Origin: a virus
Lineage: Duplodnaviria > Caudoviricetes
Strand: one strand, 5' to 3'
Virus record (IMG/VR): IMGVR_UViG_3300031839_001226
Location: 1 to 57,489 of that record
DNA length: 57,489 nucleotides
The position numbers and the translations under genes are program-made. This document shows positions 6,880 to 16,647 of the stretch, piece by piece (the stretch's first letter is position 1; every line of letters starts with the position of its first letter). The notes below the pieces were generated by a model. It saw only the letters and a list, made by a program, of their open reading frames with translations, was not told the origin of the DNA and did no database searches.

Positions 6880-8486
6880 GCGGCCTGCTGTCCTGTCGCA
6901 ACTGCCTCACTGAAGGCTTTCGATCCTTGCCCTGCCGCCTGATATGCCTTGGCGGCTTCCGCTGCCATGCCGACCATGCCGGGCGGGATTGGTGGTTCCT
7001 GTACATCGTCTTCATCAATGATGAGCGCAGGATCGACGCTCATTTCCTTGGCCGACCATTCAACGAAGCCTTCTCCGTCAAAGCGTTTAGCCATAGCCTC
7101 CGCAACACTTGGAATAGACTCGGCAGCACCGCCGACCATTGCCATCCAGCGCATCGCCAGTTCGACTTTCTGGCCTCTCTGTGCCAGTGCGATAGGCGAG
7201 GTATATTCCACCGTCCATTCCACGCCGTCGAGTTCTTCCGGCTGCTCGGGAAGACGCTCCAGACGCGATAGAATGCCGAACACGCGAGCGATCAACGGCC
7301 CGAGCAATTCGCTTTCCATGCGCCCCAGGATCGGGCCTAGAAGCCTCATGCGCTCCTGTGTGCGCTGCATGACTTCGGTCGCGGTCATGTCCGCGTCGCC
7401 GACCATCTGCAACTGATCCACGAAGAACGTGCTCAGGACGCGATTGCGAAGGTCTTGGAGGAAGTCCAACCCTACCGCCGGCTGTACCCCCGTCATCATG
7501 GGGGATATCTCACGCTCTCCGCGATAGAAGTTCAGGCCGCCGGGAATGGTGCGGACTGGGCCGATGTGCCCTTCATCCGGAACATTGAGCGGAGGACGAA
7601 CCGCAAGCTGGGAAGCTATAGCCACATCCTTCATGACCGAATGCAGCATCTTGCAATCGGGAAGCGCAGACATGCCAGGGGAACGGCCATAGGTCTCGCC
7701 CGTCACCTTGTACCAGCGAGGAACCGCGTAGGGAAACTCTTCGAACCCGCTTTCGCTCAAGGTCTCCTTGGACTTATAATCCAGATAGACCGACGCGAAC
7801 GGCATGTTCATCGCGTCTTTCTTCCCGCTCTCCCGCTCTTCGCGAGGGCATACGGCATGAAGGATTTCCACCGGCTCGGTGAACTTGCCTTCCGCGTACT
7901 TGTCCTTGACCTCCTTGGGGCACTTGTCGCCCCATTTCTGAAAGCACTGGCGCACGGACATCTTGAACTTGCGGATGACGGTGTCGACCACCCCCTCGGC
8001 GTTCTCATCGATCATGCACTCGGCAAGCGAGCGCGTCTGGAACAGGAGCTTGTCTTCCTTCGTCTTGCCGATAAACATGATGCCGGTTCCGAACGCGGCA
8101 TAGTCCATGTAGAGTTCGTGCAGATGCGTCGTGATCGAGGACGACGGCGAGTGCATTTCGGAAAACAGCCGGTCTTCTACAGCCGATAGATACTCTCGGA
8201 CATTATCGTCTTCGGCATCCTCGCCAATGATGCGCAGCGAAAACCATCGACTGGCCGGGTTCGTCGCCATGCCATGCAGACCGGCCGCCAGCAGTTCCAA
8301 TGCCTGGAGCGGCGTGCCATCATATATCTTCGTCGTGCGCTTTTCGCCAACCGTGCGATCGCCCACGAAGCCCATGCGCCGGGTATAGATGTTCTCTGCG
8401 ATCTCCTCCCAATGGGATTCGAACGTGCCACGCTGGCCTTTCAGCTCATCGTAGCGCTGGCAGAGTTGGATGGCGTCATAGGCCAT
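6876..8486 (-). CDS. Portal protein (head-to-tail connector, T7 gp8/BPP-1 type)
   Basis: 536 aa; 'WF', 'AFGTG', 'FPYAVPRW', 'GETYGRSP', 'MTATEV', 'EYTSPIA' motifs. Confidence 0.95.
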   Translation of the reverse strand: MAYDAIQLCQRYDELKGQRGTFESHWEEIAENIYTRRMGFVGDRTVGEKRTTKIYDGTPLQALELLAAGLHGMATNPASRWFSLRIIGEDAEDDNVREYLSAVEDRLFSEMHSPSSSITTHLHELYMDYAAFGTGIMFIGKTKEDKLLFQTRSLAECMIDENAEGVVDTVIRKFKMSVRQCFQKWGDKCPKEVKDKYAEGKFTEPVEILHAVCPREERESGKKDAMNMPFASVYLDYKSKETLSESGFEEFPYAVPRWYKVTGETYGRSPGMSALPDCKMLHSVMKDVAIASQLAVRPPLNVPDEGHIGPVRTIPGGLNFYRGEREISPMMTGVQPAVGLDFLQDLRNRVLSTFFVDQLQMVGDADMTATEVMQRTQERMRLLGPILGRMESELLGPLIARVFGILSRLERLPEQPEELDGVEWTVEYTSPIALAQRGQKVELAMRWMAMVGGAAESIPSVAEAMAKRFDGEGFVEWSAKEMSVDPALIIDEDDVQEPPIPPGMVGMAAEAAKAYQAAGQGSKAFSEAVATGQQAA

Positions 8487-8492
8487 GAAGGG

Positions 8493-8693
8493 CTATTCCC
8501 CGAGCAGCCGCTTGCGCGCGACCGGCATGTTGGCCTCTTCGTCCGACAGCCTTGTGAGCATGGTCGAACGACGGCCTGACTGTGAGGCTGCATAGGAACG
8601 CTGACGCTGATCGTTCACAGCGGCGATTTCGCCTGCGGACTTCTGCGGAGGGGCAGGAGCCGGCTTAGGCTTGGGGATCGACATGAAGCACAC
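8493..8693 (-). CDS. Small virion-associated protein preceding the portal
   Basis: GTG start after AAGGAA; 'CFMSIPKPKPAPAPP...GRRSTMLT...LLG'. Confidence 0.65.
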   Translation of the reverse strand: MCFMSIPKPKPAPAPPQKSAGEIAAVNDQRQRSYAASQSGRRSTMLTRLSDEEANMPVARKRLLGE

Positions 8694-8694
8694 G

Positions 8695-8965
8695 GGCCTG
8701 TTCCTTAGATGAAGAGCATGAGGATTGAACCGGCAACGGTAATGAGCGATCCGAGCATGGCGGCGTTGTATCCGGTCTCGGATTCCTTGTTGGCGAAGTT
8801 GCCAGCGATCCAAGCCCAGCCAGCAGCAGACATTGCGGCAATCATACCAACCCTGTCACCGTCGATCGCATGGATGGCAAACAGCATGCCGAGCATGGCC
8901 GTTCCGGTGACGATGGTGACGAATGCACCGTATTTCTGGAGATCAGACATTGGCCTGTTCCTTAG
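8695..8965. repeat. 14-bp direct repeat (stop codon plus RBS) flanking a membrane gene
   Basis: GGCCTGTTCCTTAG at 8695-8708 and 8952-8965. Confidence 0.7.
8705..8950 (-). CDS. Small membrane protein
   Basis: ATG 8950 after AAGGAA; about three hydrophobic segments. Confidence 0.6.
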   Translation of the reverse strand: MSDLQKYGAFVTIVTGTAMLGMLFAIHAIDGDRVGMIAAMSAAGWAWIAGNFANKESETGYNAAMLGSLITVAGSILMLFI

Positions 8966-9162
8966 TCTTCCCGACGAATACGAAAGCCGTGTATCTCGTC
9001 CCACGACAGCATTACGTTCATGCCAGGGATCATCGACACCAGCCAAGCGACGGCCATAGCTACACCCCACCACGGCGAGACTTCACCCATAAGGACACCG
9101 ACCAGGATTACGCCGCTAATGACATAGGCGCAGAAATCGGCTGCTTTCGTGAGATCATACAT
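8962..9162 (-). CDS. Small membrane protein
   Basis: AGGAGG RBS; two hydrophobic segments. Confidence 0.6.
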   Translation of the reverse strand: MYDLTKAADFCAYVISGVILVGVLMGEVSPWWGVAMAVAWLVSMIPGMNVMLSWDEIHGFRIRRED

Positions 9163-9415
9163 TGGCGGTCGATTGCCTCCTGTGGTAGGATGAAGCCCTC
9201 ATCAATCAGGGCTAAAACATGCGAAAAATTACCCGCTTTGATATAGCAGACGCGGTTCTTGCCGAACGCGAGCGATGCGCCAGTGTTATCCGAGACCTGC
9301 ATGCCCACTATGGGAGCGGAGACATCCATGCATGGCATGTAGAACACATGATCCGCTCTATCGAGACGCCAGAATACAACTGGGAGACTGCCCCGATCCC
9401 TACGCAGGCGGAGCT

Positions 9416-9877
9416 TTAGCGAACCCAGCTAAACTGAACATACGACGCACCATCGCGCCCATAGCCACGAAGAACACCCTCGTCTCTCGCGCCCATTGCC
9501 CTAAGCCATGAATGCGCCGTGCGATGATCGATCCGGCTCGCACACTGCAATCTATGTGCGCCATGATCCAGAACATACGGCTTCAGCACAGTCAGCGCAT
9601 ATCGCGTGAGAGACAGGGCAACACGCTGGAAATCATCCGTGCCCCATGCCCAGGCTTCCCATACTCCGGGCCAGTTTGGTGAAACTCCTATCACAGCGGC
9701 AGGAATGCCCCGCCAGCAAGCGACAGATGCCTTGCCGAGCGATGCAGCCGCGATGGCCTCTCGTGCCAGCAGGAACGGGTTTGTGTGGCCGCGAAGGCCG
9801 TACACCTCCCGAGCGTCATCCTCTCGCATGTTGAGGCAGACGTACTCGACAGCCTCACGGGTGATCGGCTGGATCAA
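9416..9877 (-). CDS. GNAT-like acetyltransferase (T7 gp13/DUF2833-like)
   Basis: 'NMREDDAREV', 'WAWGT', 'HRLQC', 'WLRAMGA..EG'; TTG start overlapping the upstream stop. Confidence 0.65.
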   Translation of the reverse strand: MIQPITREAVEYVCLNMREDDAREVYGLRGHTNPFLLAREAIAAASLGKASVACWRGIPAAVIGVSPNWPGVWEAWAWGTDDFQRVALSLTRYALTVLKPYVLDHGAHRLQCASRIDHRTAHSWLRAMGARDEGVLRGYGRDGASYVQFSWVR

Positions 9878-10761
9878 GCCGCCGTCTCTGAGTGGTAGAA
9901 GGTAGACACCGCGAAATTGTACGAGCCTGCGCTGCCCGCGATGCTGGTTTCCTTCACGGACTTTATGCGCGTGGTCTCGCCAGCCACAACACCACATTTG
10001 ATCTGCGAAGGCGAAAAGTTCCGATCCCTTAGAATGGTCCGGTCATCGGACTTGGCGAAATTCACGCCTTGGAAATACACCACATCCGCATTCGTGCCAT
10101 CGACCCGAGTGATGACCCCGATGCGAACCCTGCCCGTTGCAGTGCTGTCCCGGTCAACGGAAATGTAGACGTTTGTCAGATCGACACGGCCGACGCGATC
10201 CTGAGCAGACAGATCGATCAGCCACCGAAATCCACTGGCCGTTACATCCTGCACTGCCACTGCGGCGAACAGATTGCGCTCACGCTCGGTGACTGTGACC
10301 AGAAGTTCGTTGTCATCCGAAGATGAGGCTGGGAACAGGTTGTTTCCGTAGCTCGTCAGAAGCGCGAAGGACGATTGCCCCGTTCCTCCATTGACATACC
10401 GCACCCGGAATGCCCGACCCGGCATCTTGACCAGTGGGCGGAAGTAAGCCGTATCCGCGTAGATCGGGCGTGAGGACGACAGCGTTTCGACAACATCGCT
10501 GTCCGTGATCGTTCCAGCCGGATCGACGCCATCTTTCAGGATGGCAGTTTCAACGTACAGCGTTCCGTCCTGATCCGCTACGACGTTGATGCACGCATGC
10601 TCAAGGCTGTTGACTTCCCACGCGCCTGTAAACTCCCCGGCAGAGCCAAGCGCAGTGTTGGTCGAATTGCCGCTCGACTTCTTCGCGGATGTCTCTTCCA
10701 ATGCCAGGAAGATAGCCGAGCGCATGTCACGGGATATCCCGAGGGGAAGATCAACCATCAT
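9874..10761 (-). CDS. Hypothetical beta-rich protein
   Basis: 295-aa ORF coupled in the late operon. Confidence 0.65.
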   Translation of the reverse strand: MMVDLPLGISRDMRSAIFLALEETSAKKSSGNSTNTALGSAGEFTGAWEVNSLEHACINVVADQDGTLYVETAILKDGVDPAGTITDSDVVETLSSSRPIYADTAYFRPLVKMPGRAFRVRYVNGGTGQSSFALLTSYGNNLFPASSSDDNELLVTVTERERNLFAAVAVQDVTASGFRWLIDLSAQDRVGRVDLTNVYISVDRDSTATGRVRIGVITRVDGTNADVVYFQGVNFAKSDDRTILRDRNFSPSQIKCGVVAGETTRIKSVKETSIAGSAGSYNFAVSTFYHSETAA

Positions 10762-10770
10762 CAGCCCTCG

Positions 10771-12168
10771 TCAGAACGGCGAGTAGTCACCGCCGGAACT
10801 TGCCGGCCTGTCACGATAGGTAGACGCATCGAAGTTGAACGGATCGAAGTCCTGAGCCACCGCTGCTCTTGGCGTCTTGTCCCGGCGGTCATCGATCAAG
10901 CCGGGGAACAGTTCGGTAAAGCCCCATACGAGAGCATCGACACGATCCGGCGAATACCCCTGCCCCTTGCGGTCGAAGTCGCTGGTGAAGTTGCACTGCT
11001 GATTCTCTAGCTCTTCGAAGTCCCCAGCATGCCTGATCCTGTCACGGGCATAGAGCGCTGCGATCGGTTCCGCCCGAACATACTTGCCTCGCGTGGCGCG
11101 AACCTGCTTTACCGGCAAATCGGGCGCATGACCGCGAATGTTTGCCTCGACCAGATCGCCGCCCTGATTGTTCTCGCAAACAATCGCGTCCGCCTTGTAA
11201 TAGTGGTACAGCGTGATAGCCTTGCGTGCCCACTCTTCCGGCTTCATCACACCCGAGCCGTCAGCAAGCACATACCCCATGCCACCCGCATCAATGGCCG
11301 TGACGACGATGCCCGTCTCGTTCGACCCGCTTTCCGTCGAGACGGCAGGATCGATTGCAACCACCACCCTGCGGAAGTCGGGCAGTTCGGCATCGTTGAG
11401 CACATAGAGCTTCTTGATCGACCCGCGCGACCACAGTGCATCCGCCTTGTCGCCCGAGAACTCACCGAGGAAGAATCTTCGCTTCTGTGCCTCCGGGAGA
11501 AACTTCAGGCTCTCGATATAGTCAGGCGCCAGGTTCTCCGCATTGTCGAGTGGATTGGCAACGCCATAGACGTAATTGCCTTTCGGCAGCGGCTTCTTCG
11601 ATTCAGGCTCGATGCCCTGCACATAGAGCTTGTACGTCCAGTGGCTTTCCGTGGTAGGATTGAGATCGACATAGCTCTTGAGTGGGAGCGGTTCGCCAAC
11701 CCCATCGCCGGCCGTAACGTCCACCTTCTGCGCCAGTCGGGTTTGAGCCACGAGATAGGACTGATACGGGATTTCCGACGCCTCGTTGAAATACAGCGTC
11801 GCGAACTCCTTGCCGAGGACCTTGTCCACACGATCCTTGTCATCGAGACCGGCAAGCCAGACCTCGGAACCGTTCGGGAAGGCAAAATACCCGTCCTGCT
11901 CCTTCCATTCTACAGCCGCGCCATCATACGCCAGTTCAAGCACCTTCGGCATAGTGTCCTTGCCGATCGATTGCTTGACCGCGACACCATGGCGGCGGAA
12001 GATCGCATGCCTGGAACCGCTGGACCTTAATGCCCTCGTGGCGATGGCATAGCAGTACAGGAACGTCTTTCCCGAGCGCGAGCCGCCGTAGATAAGGGAA
12101 TGCTTGGCAGGGCTCAGGAGCAGCGTGTCGCGTAGATGCTTCTGCTTTTCCGTGAGGAGAACGGTCAA
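10771..12168 (-). CDS. terL: Terminase large subunit
   Basis: Walker A 'YGGSRSGKT', Walker B 'LYFNEASE', 'DLNP', RNase H-like 'VVAIDPA...ETGI...SPDRVDA'. Confidence 0.95.
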   Translation of the reverse strand: MTVLLTEKQKHLRDTLLLSPAKHSLIYGGSRSGKTFLYCYAIATRALRSSGSRHAIFRRHGVAVKQSIGKDTMPKVLELAYDGAAVEWKEQDGYFAFPNGSEVWLAGLDDKDRVDKVLGKEFATLYFNEASEIPYQSYLVAQTRLAQKVDVTAGDGVGEPLPLKSYVDLNPTTESHWTYKLYVQGIEPESKKPLPKGNYVYGVANPLDNAENLAPDYIESLKFLPEAQKRRFFLGEFSGDKADALWSRGSIKKLYVLNDAELPDFRRVVVAIDPAVSTESGSNETGIVVTAIDAGGMGYVLADGSGVMKPEEWARKAITLYHYYKADAIVCENNQGGDLVEANIRGHAPDLPVKQVRATRGKYVRAEPIAALYARDRIRHAGDFEELENQQCNFTSDFDRKGQGYSPDRVDALVWGFTELFPGLIDDRRDKTPRAAVAQDFDPFNFDASTYRDRPASSGGDYSPF

Positions 12169-12584
12169 ACGCCAGCGTCGTCCTTGGCGATGGTGATGGA
12201 AAGGCCGGAATGGGCGACTTCCTGCTTATCGCGCCAGTCGTCAGGCTTGCGGTTCTTGAGCCAGTTGAACGCAGCCCCAACGTCTGGAGGGACATGCTCC
12301 ACCGTTTCAGCGCGGATGATCTGGCCTTGATACTGGAAGACTTTCTCGCTTTCGAAGGTGTAGCCGACAGCCCGATTGTACAGCGAGCGCTCTACACGTT
12401 CGTCCGCCTTTTCCTTCCCGCTAATGACTGCCTGACAAAATTCTTCGTGCACGTTCTTCCAACGATAGATCGTCCGCGTGTCCACACCGAAAAAATCCGC
12501 TAGTTCAAAGTCGGTCGCCCCGAGCGCGCAAAGCTTCGATGCCTGTGCCGCATACTCAGGGGCGTAGTCGGTTGGCCTGCCCAT
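12165..12584 (-). CDS. terS: Terminase small subunit
   Basis: 'MGRPTDY', HTH, 'SLYNRAVGY', 'PPDVGAAFNWLKNR..WRDK'. Confidence 0.9.
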   Translation of the reverse strand: MGRPTDYAPEYAAQASKLCALGATDFELADFFGVDTRTIYRWKNVHEEFCQAVISGKEKADERVERSLYNRAVGYTFESEKVFQYQGQIIRAETVEHVPPDVGAAFNWLKNRKPDDWRDKQEVAHSGLSITIAKDDAGV

Positions 12585-12972
12585 TCAACAAGCCTCGCCA
12601 TCTGTCCGAACCCCAATCGGCGATCCACACACGACGCCCTTAGCGCGAGCCATAGCGATACCCAAATGGATCTCGGTCAGCACGGCTGCGAGCATCTCTA
12701 CGCGATCTAGCTTCTGATCCTTGTCAGTGGCCTTTGCCATCGGTCAGCGGTCCTCTTCGGATTGTCGCTCGTGAGAATTGGTCTTGCCGCTGTTAAGCCG
12801 CGTGCGTGCTATTCGACGGGGACGAGATCAGCCGCGAAAAACCAATGATCGGCGATCCGCACGAGCGCCTTGCCATCAGCCGTGACGGTCTGTGCATCTA
12901 CAGTGCCCTGTATGTTGGATTGGGGACAGCGTAGTTCCATGCCGATCATGTGGAGCTCCTATCGGGGGATAT

Positions 12973-13026
12973 GCAAAATTAATTTGCGAAACCGCTTGAC
13001 TATCGCCAAATGATTTGGCATATTAT
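12973..13026 (+). promoter_or_regulatory. Sigma70-like promoter with two palindromic operators
   Basis: TTGACT 12996, CATATTAT about 13019; palindromes GCAAAATTAATTTGC (12973-12987) and GCCAAATGATTTGGC (13005-13019). Confidence 0.6.
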
Positions 13027-13050
13027 GGTCACAAACCAAGGGAGACCGAC

Positions 13051-13290
13051 ATGAGAGCCATCGCACCGAAGGAAATGCCGAACCTGCCCGCCAAGGCTAC
13101 CGGATGGGCACGATCAACAAAACGGGCCGGCAGTGTTTTCCATGCCCACGCACTTGGAAGGCCAGTATGTGGGGCTCGATTCGTTATCGATAGGCATCAG
13201 GCAGAATTGCCTGACGGCCTCGGGTCTTTTCGTTACCACGGCGTATGCCCACGCTGCTACAAACTGTCCCTCGAAGCGGTCGAAGCATGA
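13051..13290 (+). CDS. Small Cys/His-containing hypothetical protein (moron)
   Basis: GGAG RBS, 'FHAH...VCG...CPRC'. Confidence 0.6.
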   Translation: MRAIAPKEMPNLPAKATGWARSTKRAGSVFHAHALGRPVCGARFVIDRHQAELPDGLGSFRYHGVCPRCYKLSLEAVEA

Positions 13291-13493
13291 CCCCAGCCCA
13301 ATTTAAACAGGCCGTGGAAGCCCTCCAGTCTCGGGGGGCTATTCCACATGGGCACGGGTGGAAAACCGCACTGGCGGGCAAGCTGGGCCTCACCAGAACC
13401 ACCATAGACAACTTCGAACGCGATGGCACGAAAAAGGTTCAGACCGACTATGCCATTGCCGCCCTCGTTGCGGGGCTTGATCCCTATCCCTGA
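13287..13493 (+). CDS. Small HTH protein (moron)
   Basis: 'MTPAQFK...ALAGKLGLTRTTIDNFERDG'. Confidence 0.7.
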   Translation: MTPAQFKQAVEALQSRGAIPHGHGWKTALAGKLGLTRTTIDNFERDGTKKVQTDYAIAALVAGLDPYP

Positions 13494-14028
13494 TCAGGTG
13501 GGGCCTCTTGGGGATGGGGGAGGATGCGAGGCGGTGGCGCGTATGGGCTTCCCGTAGGCTGACCGCAGCAGCAAGATAAGGGCATCAACGCCGCGCGTAC
13601 CAGCCTCGCATTCTGTACCCCTCTCATATCGGGAGGGGAAGGGATTGGGCTAGCCGTAGCCGCGAAACCATGTCGCTGACCCGCCATCAGGTGCACCGCC
13701 AACCCGAGGGAAGGCTTAGGCGAGCCGCCCAAACTGTATGCCGCTATGGAGCGGCGGAATTGAATGGGCTGCCGGTTATCACCTCAGCGGGGCCACCGCG
13801 TGTGTCGGTGCCGGAATCCCGCAACGCTGTCCGCTGGCTAAGCGGCTATTCGCGTCTTTAGGGATGCCCAACTCTGACCCGCTCATCGCGGGGAACTCAC
13901 TGGCGCAAAGGGCCTCTATCTGAGCAATGCAAAGCCACATGCCTCAACGCAACATGCGGAGGCTGGGGCGAACCGGCGAGTGATCTTGCGATCCCGCTAA
14001 CTGCACATTCGCTCATCCGATGCACAAC

Positions 14029-14628
14029 CTATGCTGCCGCTTCGTTCGCGTCAATAGGCGTCAGGTCTCTTGCGTCAAATTCCACAGGAACCATGCCTCC
14101 GAGAAGTTCGATCATCGCCTTCACCTTGCGCCGTCCCTTGGCTGCTACAACGCTGCCATAGAAGCCGCTGAACGAGTGCCCTTCCTTGACAGCCACACGC
14201 AAACCCTTGTGGAACTTGGCCTTGAGTTCGTCCTTTTCGTTTGCCATGATCTCCCCGCGATATATCTTGGCCTTCCGGGTGTCATCAAACTCCATTTCGA
14301 CCTCGGCTTCACGGAACTCGCGAACGATCTTTGCTGATACCCTGGCAGGCAATCCATTGACGCCTAGAAGACTCTCGACACCATCGCATGAGCGGGCAAA
14401 GCCGAAATGAAACGGCCCACTCTCGACGCCCACGAACAGATAGCGGTTGAACAGGACGAACTCCTTCGTGATGACCGCCTTTGTCCGATGATGGATGATG
14501 TCCTTGCGCATTCGAGGCAGGTACACGTCGAAGCCGGCCGATCGCAGGGATGATGCCGCCCTGTCCTCGCAACGTATGCCGGTTCTCGCGACATACCATT
14601 GCGAGCTGTCGCTGATGTTTGCCTTCAT
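14029..14628 (-). CDS. NusG/RfaH-family antiterminator (probable late-gene regulator)
   Basis: NGN 'WYVART...E..A...L...GFDVYLP...LFNRYLFV' plus KOW 'GLRVAVKEGHSFSGFYG'; last early gene before the late operon. Confidence 0.9.
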   Translation of the reverse strand: MKANISDSSQWYVARTGIRCEDRAASSLRSAGFDVYLPRMRKDIIHHRTKAVITKEFVLFNRYLFVGVESGPFHFGFARSCDGVESLLGVNGLPARVSAKIVREFREAEVEMEFDDTRKAKIYRGEIMANEKDELKAKFHKGLRVAVKEGHSFSGFYGSVVAAKGRRKVKAMIELLGGMVPVEFDARDLTPIDANEAAA

Positions 14629-14683
14629 GTATCCCCGCCGCTTATGCTTTTCTGGTATTGAATGGGGTTAGTTGTGCGCTTCC

Positions 14684-14944
14684 CTATTCGTCTGCTAGCG
14701 AAGCGTCAGCCCGCTCGATCATCCGTAGCGCCATCGCCTTGAGAGCCTTGATGTCCTGCCTAGGCATCCTTTCCATGGACGGGACTTCATGCTCGGGGAA
14801 CTCCCATGAATTGAATCGTTCGCCGCACGCTTTGCACTCACGCCTTCGAACAATGGCATTATCTCTCGGGCGGCTGTTCTTGACCATCAACCGGGTAGAC
14901 CGGCATTTCGGACAGTGCACGCCGGGGCTTAACGTCGCCATCAT
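14684..14944 (-). CDS. NrdR-N-like zinc-ribbon protein
   Basis: 'CPKC...VKNSRP....RRRECKACGERFNSWE'. Confidence 0.75.
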   Translation of the reverse strand: MMATLSPGVHCPKCRSTRLMVKNSRPRDNAIVRRRECKACGERFNSWEFPEHEVPSMERMPRQDIKALKAMALRMIERADASLADE

Positions 14945-15492
14945 GCTGCCCGCTCCGTGAGAAATGGCTGCTTGCCCTCCTTCCTTCGATACGTGTCCAC
15001 AAGCGCCAGAATATCCACCCACTTGCAGGCTCGCGGTTTGCCTGATCCGGTGCGGAGGGTGTACTTGTCCTGATTGCCGTGAGGCGTTCCGCCAACCTCA
15101 TGCCCGCGTTCGGCAAGGTACATCTTCACCGACGTGAAATCCGATGACACTCCGCGCTCAAACCGCCTTACCCCACCGTTTCTCGCGATCCAGTCCTTGA
15201 CTAGGAAATCCACATCGTTCGATACTACGCGAACTTCCTTGCGCGGCCTTCCGGGCTTTCCTTTGGGTTTGGGAGCCTTCGCCTCGGCAATCTCCCGAAT
15301 GCGCTCCTGATGCTTGTGTTCGGCGCGGAAACCGATGTCTCTCAGCTTCGATTCCCGATGAACAATACCGATTATGGCATAGCGCGAGACGTTCATTATC
15401 TCACCGATTTGTCTAGCAGTTTTGCCGTCGAGAAGCAATTCGGCCACCTGGTTTATCCGCTGCTCATCCCACACTCTTACAGCCACCATCAC
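14941..15492 (-). CDS. GcrA-like HTH protein
   Basis: N-terminus 'WDEQRI..VAELL.DGKTARQIG..MNVSRYAIIGIVHR' matches the GcrA N-terminal pattern. Confidence 0.7.
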   Translation of the reverse strand: MMVAVRVWDEQRINQVAELLLDGKTARQIGEIMNVSRYAIIGIVHRESKLRDIGFRAEHKHQERIREIAEAKAPKPKGKPGRPRKEVRVVSNDVDFLVKDWIARNGGVRRFERGVSSDFTSVKMYLAERGHEVGGTPHGNQDKYTLRTGSGKPRACKWVDILALVDTYRRKEGKQPFLTERAA

Positions 15493-15812
15493 ACCCCACT
15501 ATCAGCCGCCGCACGCCATCGCCTGCGAACGCTTGACGACTCGCAATTGAAGAACTTCGCAACCGTGCCAGATGTCAGATCAGGACGTTCACGTCGGATC
15601 GCGAACATGGCCTCGCTCTTCGCCGCCGAAATCAGTTCGTTGCGCGCATGCTCCTTCATCTTCGCCAGCGGCACATTGGTCTGCCGGCATACATCACCGA
15701 CGATATCCGCCATTGATCGGCCGCGTTCTTCATGCACCTCTATGATGCGAAACCAAGGCTCCCGATACATCCCGTCTACTCCTACGACTTCTCTGCTTTC
15801 ATGCGCTCCCAT
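15489..15812 (-). CDS. DnaA-C-terminal-like HTH protein
   Basis: 'IVGDVC..TNV..M....RN..ISAAKSEAM..IRRERPDLT...VAKFFN'. Confidence 0.55.
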   Translation of the reverse strand: MGAHESREVVGVDGMYREPWFRIIEVHEERGRSMADIVGDVCRQTNVPLAKMKEHARNELISAAKSEAMFAIRRERPDLTSGTVAKFFNCESSSVRRRWRAAADSGV

Positions 15813-16177
15813 TGGCGGGAGAAGTGGTTTTCAGGAAGCTGTGGACGGATCGATACCACGTTCTCCTGACCGTTCTGGCGCTCCTGTAGGCGGCGCTGAT
15901 AGGCGCGTTCCTGCTCGCACTCATCCACCCACCGCTCTGAATTGAGGTACACCGACAAGAGTTGGATATACGGGCGCTCTTCCGCCTTCATGGTGCGGAG
16001 ATGGTAGCGGGCGCCGTCGAGTATGTCGGCGGGCTCAGCACCTTCCAGGAGCCATTTGCGATACGTGGGGCGGGCTTTGCCAGGTCCGTCCGACTTGCGG
16101 GCGTGCGGGAGCCACAGCTTCCACAGCGTATCGAAACCTTCAGGCGGGGCTTCACGTACCTTGCTCATCACAGCCAC
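15782..16177 (-). CDS. Protein resembling the C-terminal domain of phage replication initiators
   Basis: 'FDTLWKLW..H.RK..G..KA...Y', 'ILDGARY', 'YI....YLNSERW.DE'. Confidence 0.5.
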   Translation of the reverse strand: MAVMSKVREAPPEGFDTLWKLWLPHARKSDGPGKARPTYRKWLLEGAEPADILDGARYHLRTMKAEERPYIQLLSVYLNSERWVDECEQERAYQRRLQERQNGQENVVSIRPQLPENHFSRQWERMKAEKS

Positions 16178-16647
16178 CGTGTCTTATGCTCACGAGCACG
16201 AATGACCGGGCGCTTTCCTTCGGCGACGTTCTTTTCGCAGATGCGACAGTGACCGCGCCCGCCACGCCAGCCACGAAGGATGCTGAACCTCCAGCCATTG
16301 CTTCGATTCCAGCCATAGTCGCACATAGGCCAGTAATTTCCGGCCGCTGTTTTCGCGTATGTGTGAGAGCGCGACCCTTCCGGGTCATTCCGACAGACAC
16401 CAGATATGTAGTCGATTACCTTGCTCATCCCGCCGCTTTCTCCCTTGCCTTCCCTGCCATCCAGATCAGGACTTCCCGCGTCCGCTCCAGCTTCGCTAGT
16501 TGATCGCGCTTGACGTGGATTTCCCAATCGGGTCTCTTGTTTCGACCGTCGCTGAAGTTCTCCAGCCAGACAGCTTTGCCCCTTGCCAAACCGGCATGGA
16601 ATTCGGCTAGGCCGGCAAGCTCTTCGGCGAACTCAGTCGGGTTCACG

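Noticed and set aside
13760-13872. tRNA-like element in the late leader
   Set aside because: No T-loop (GTTCRA) or cloverleaf could be built
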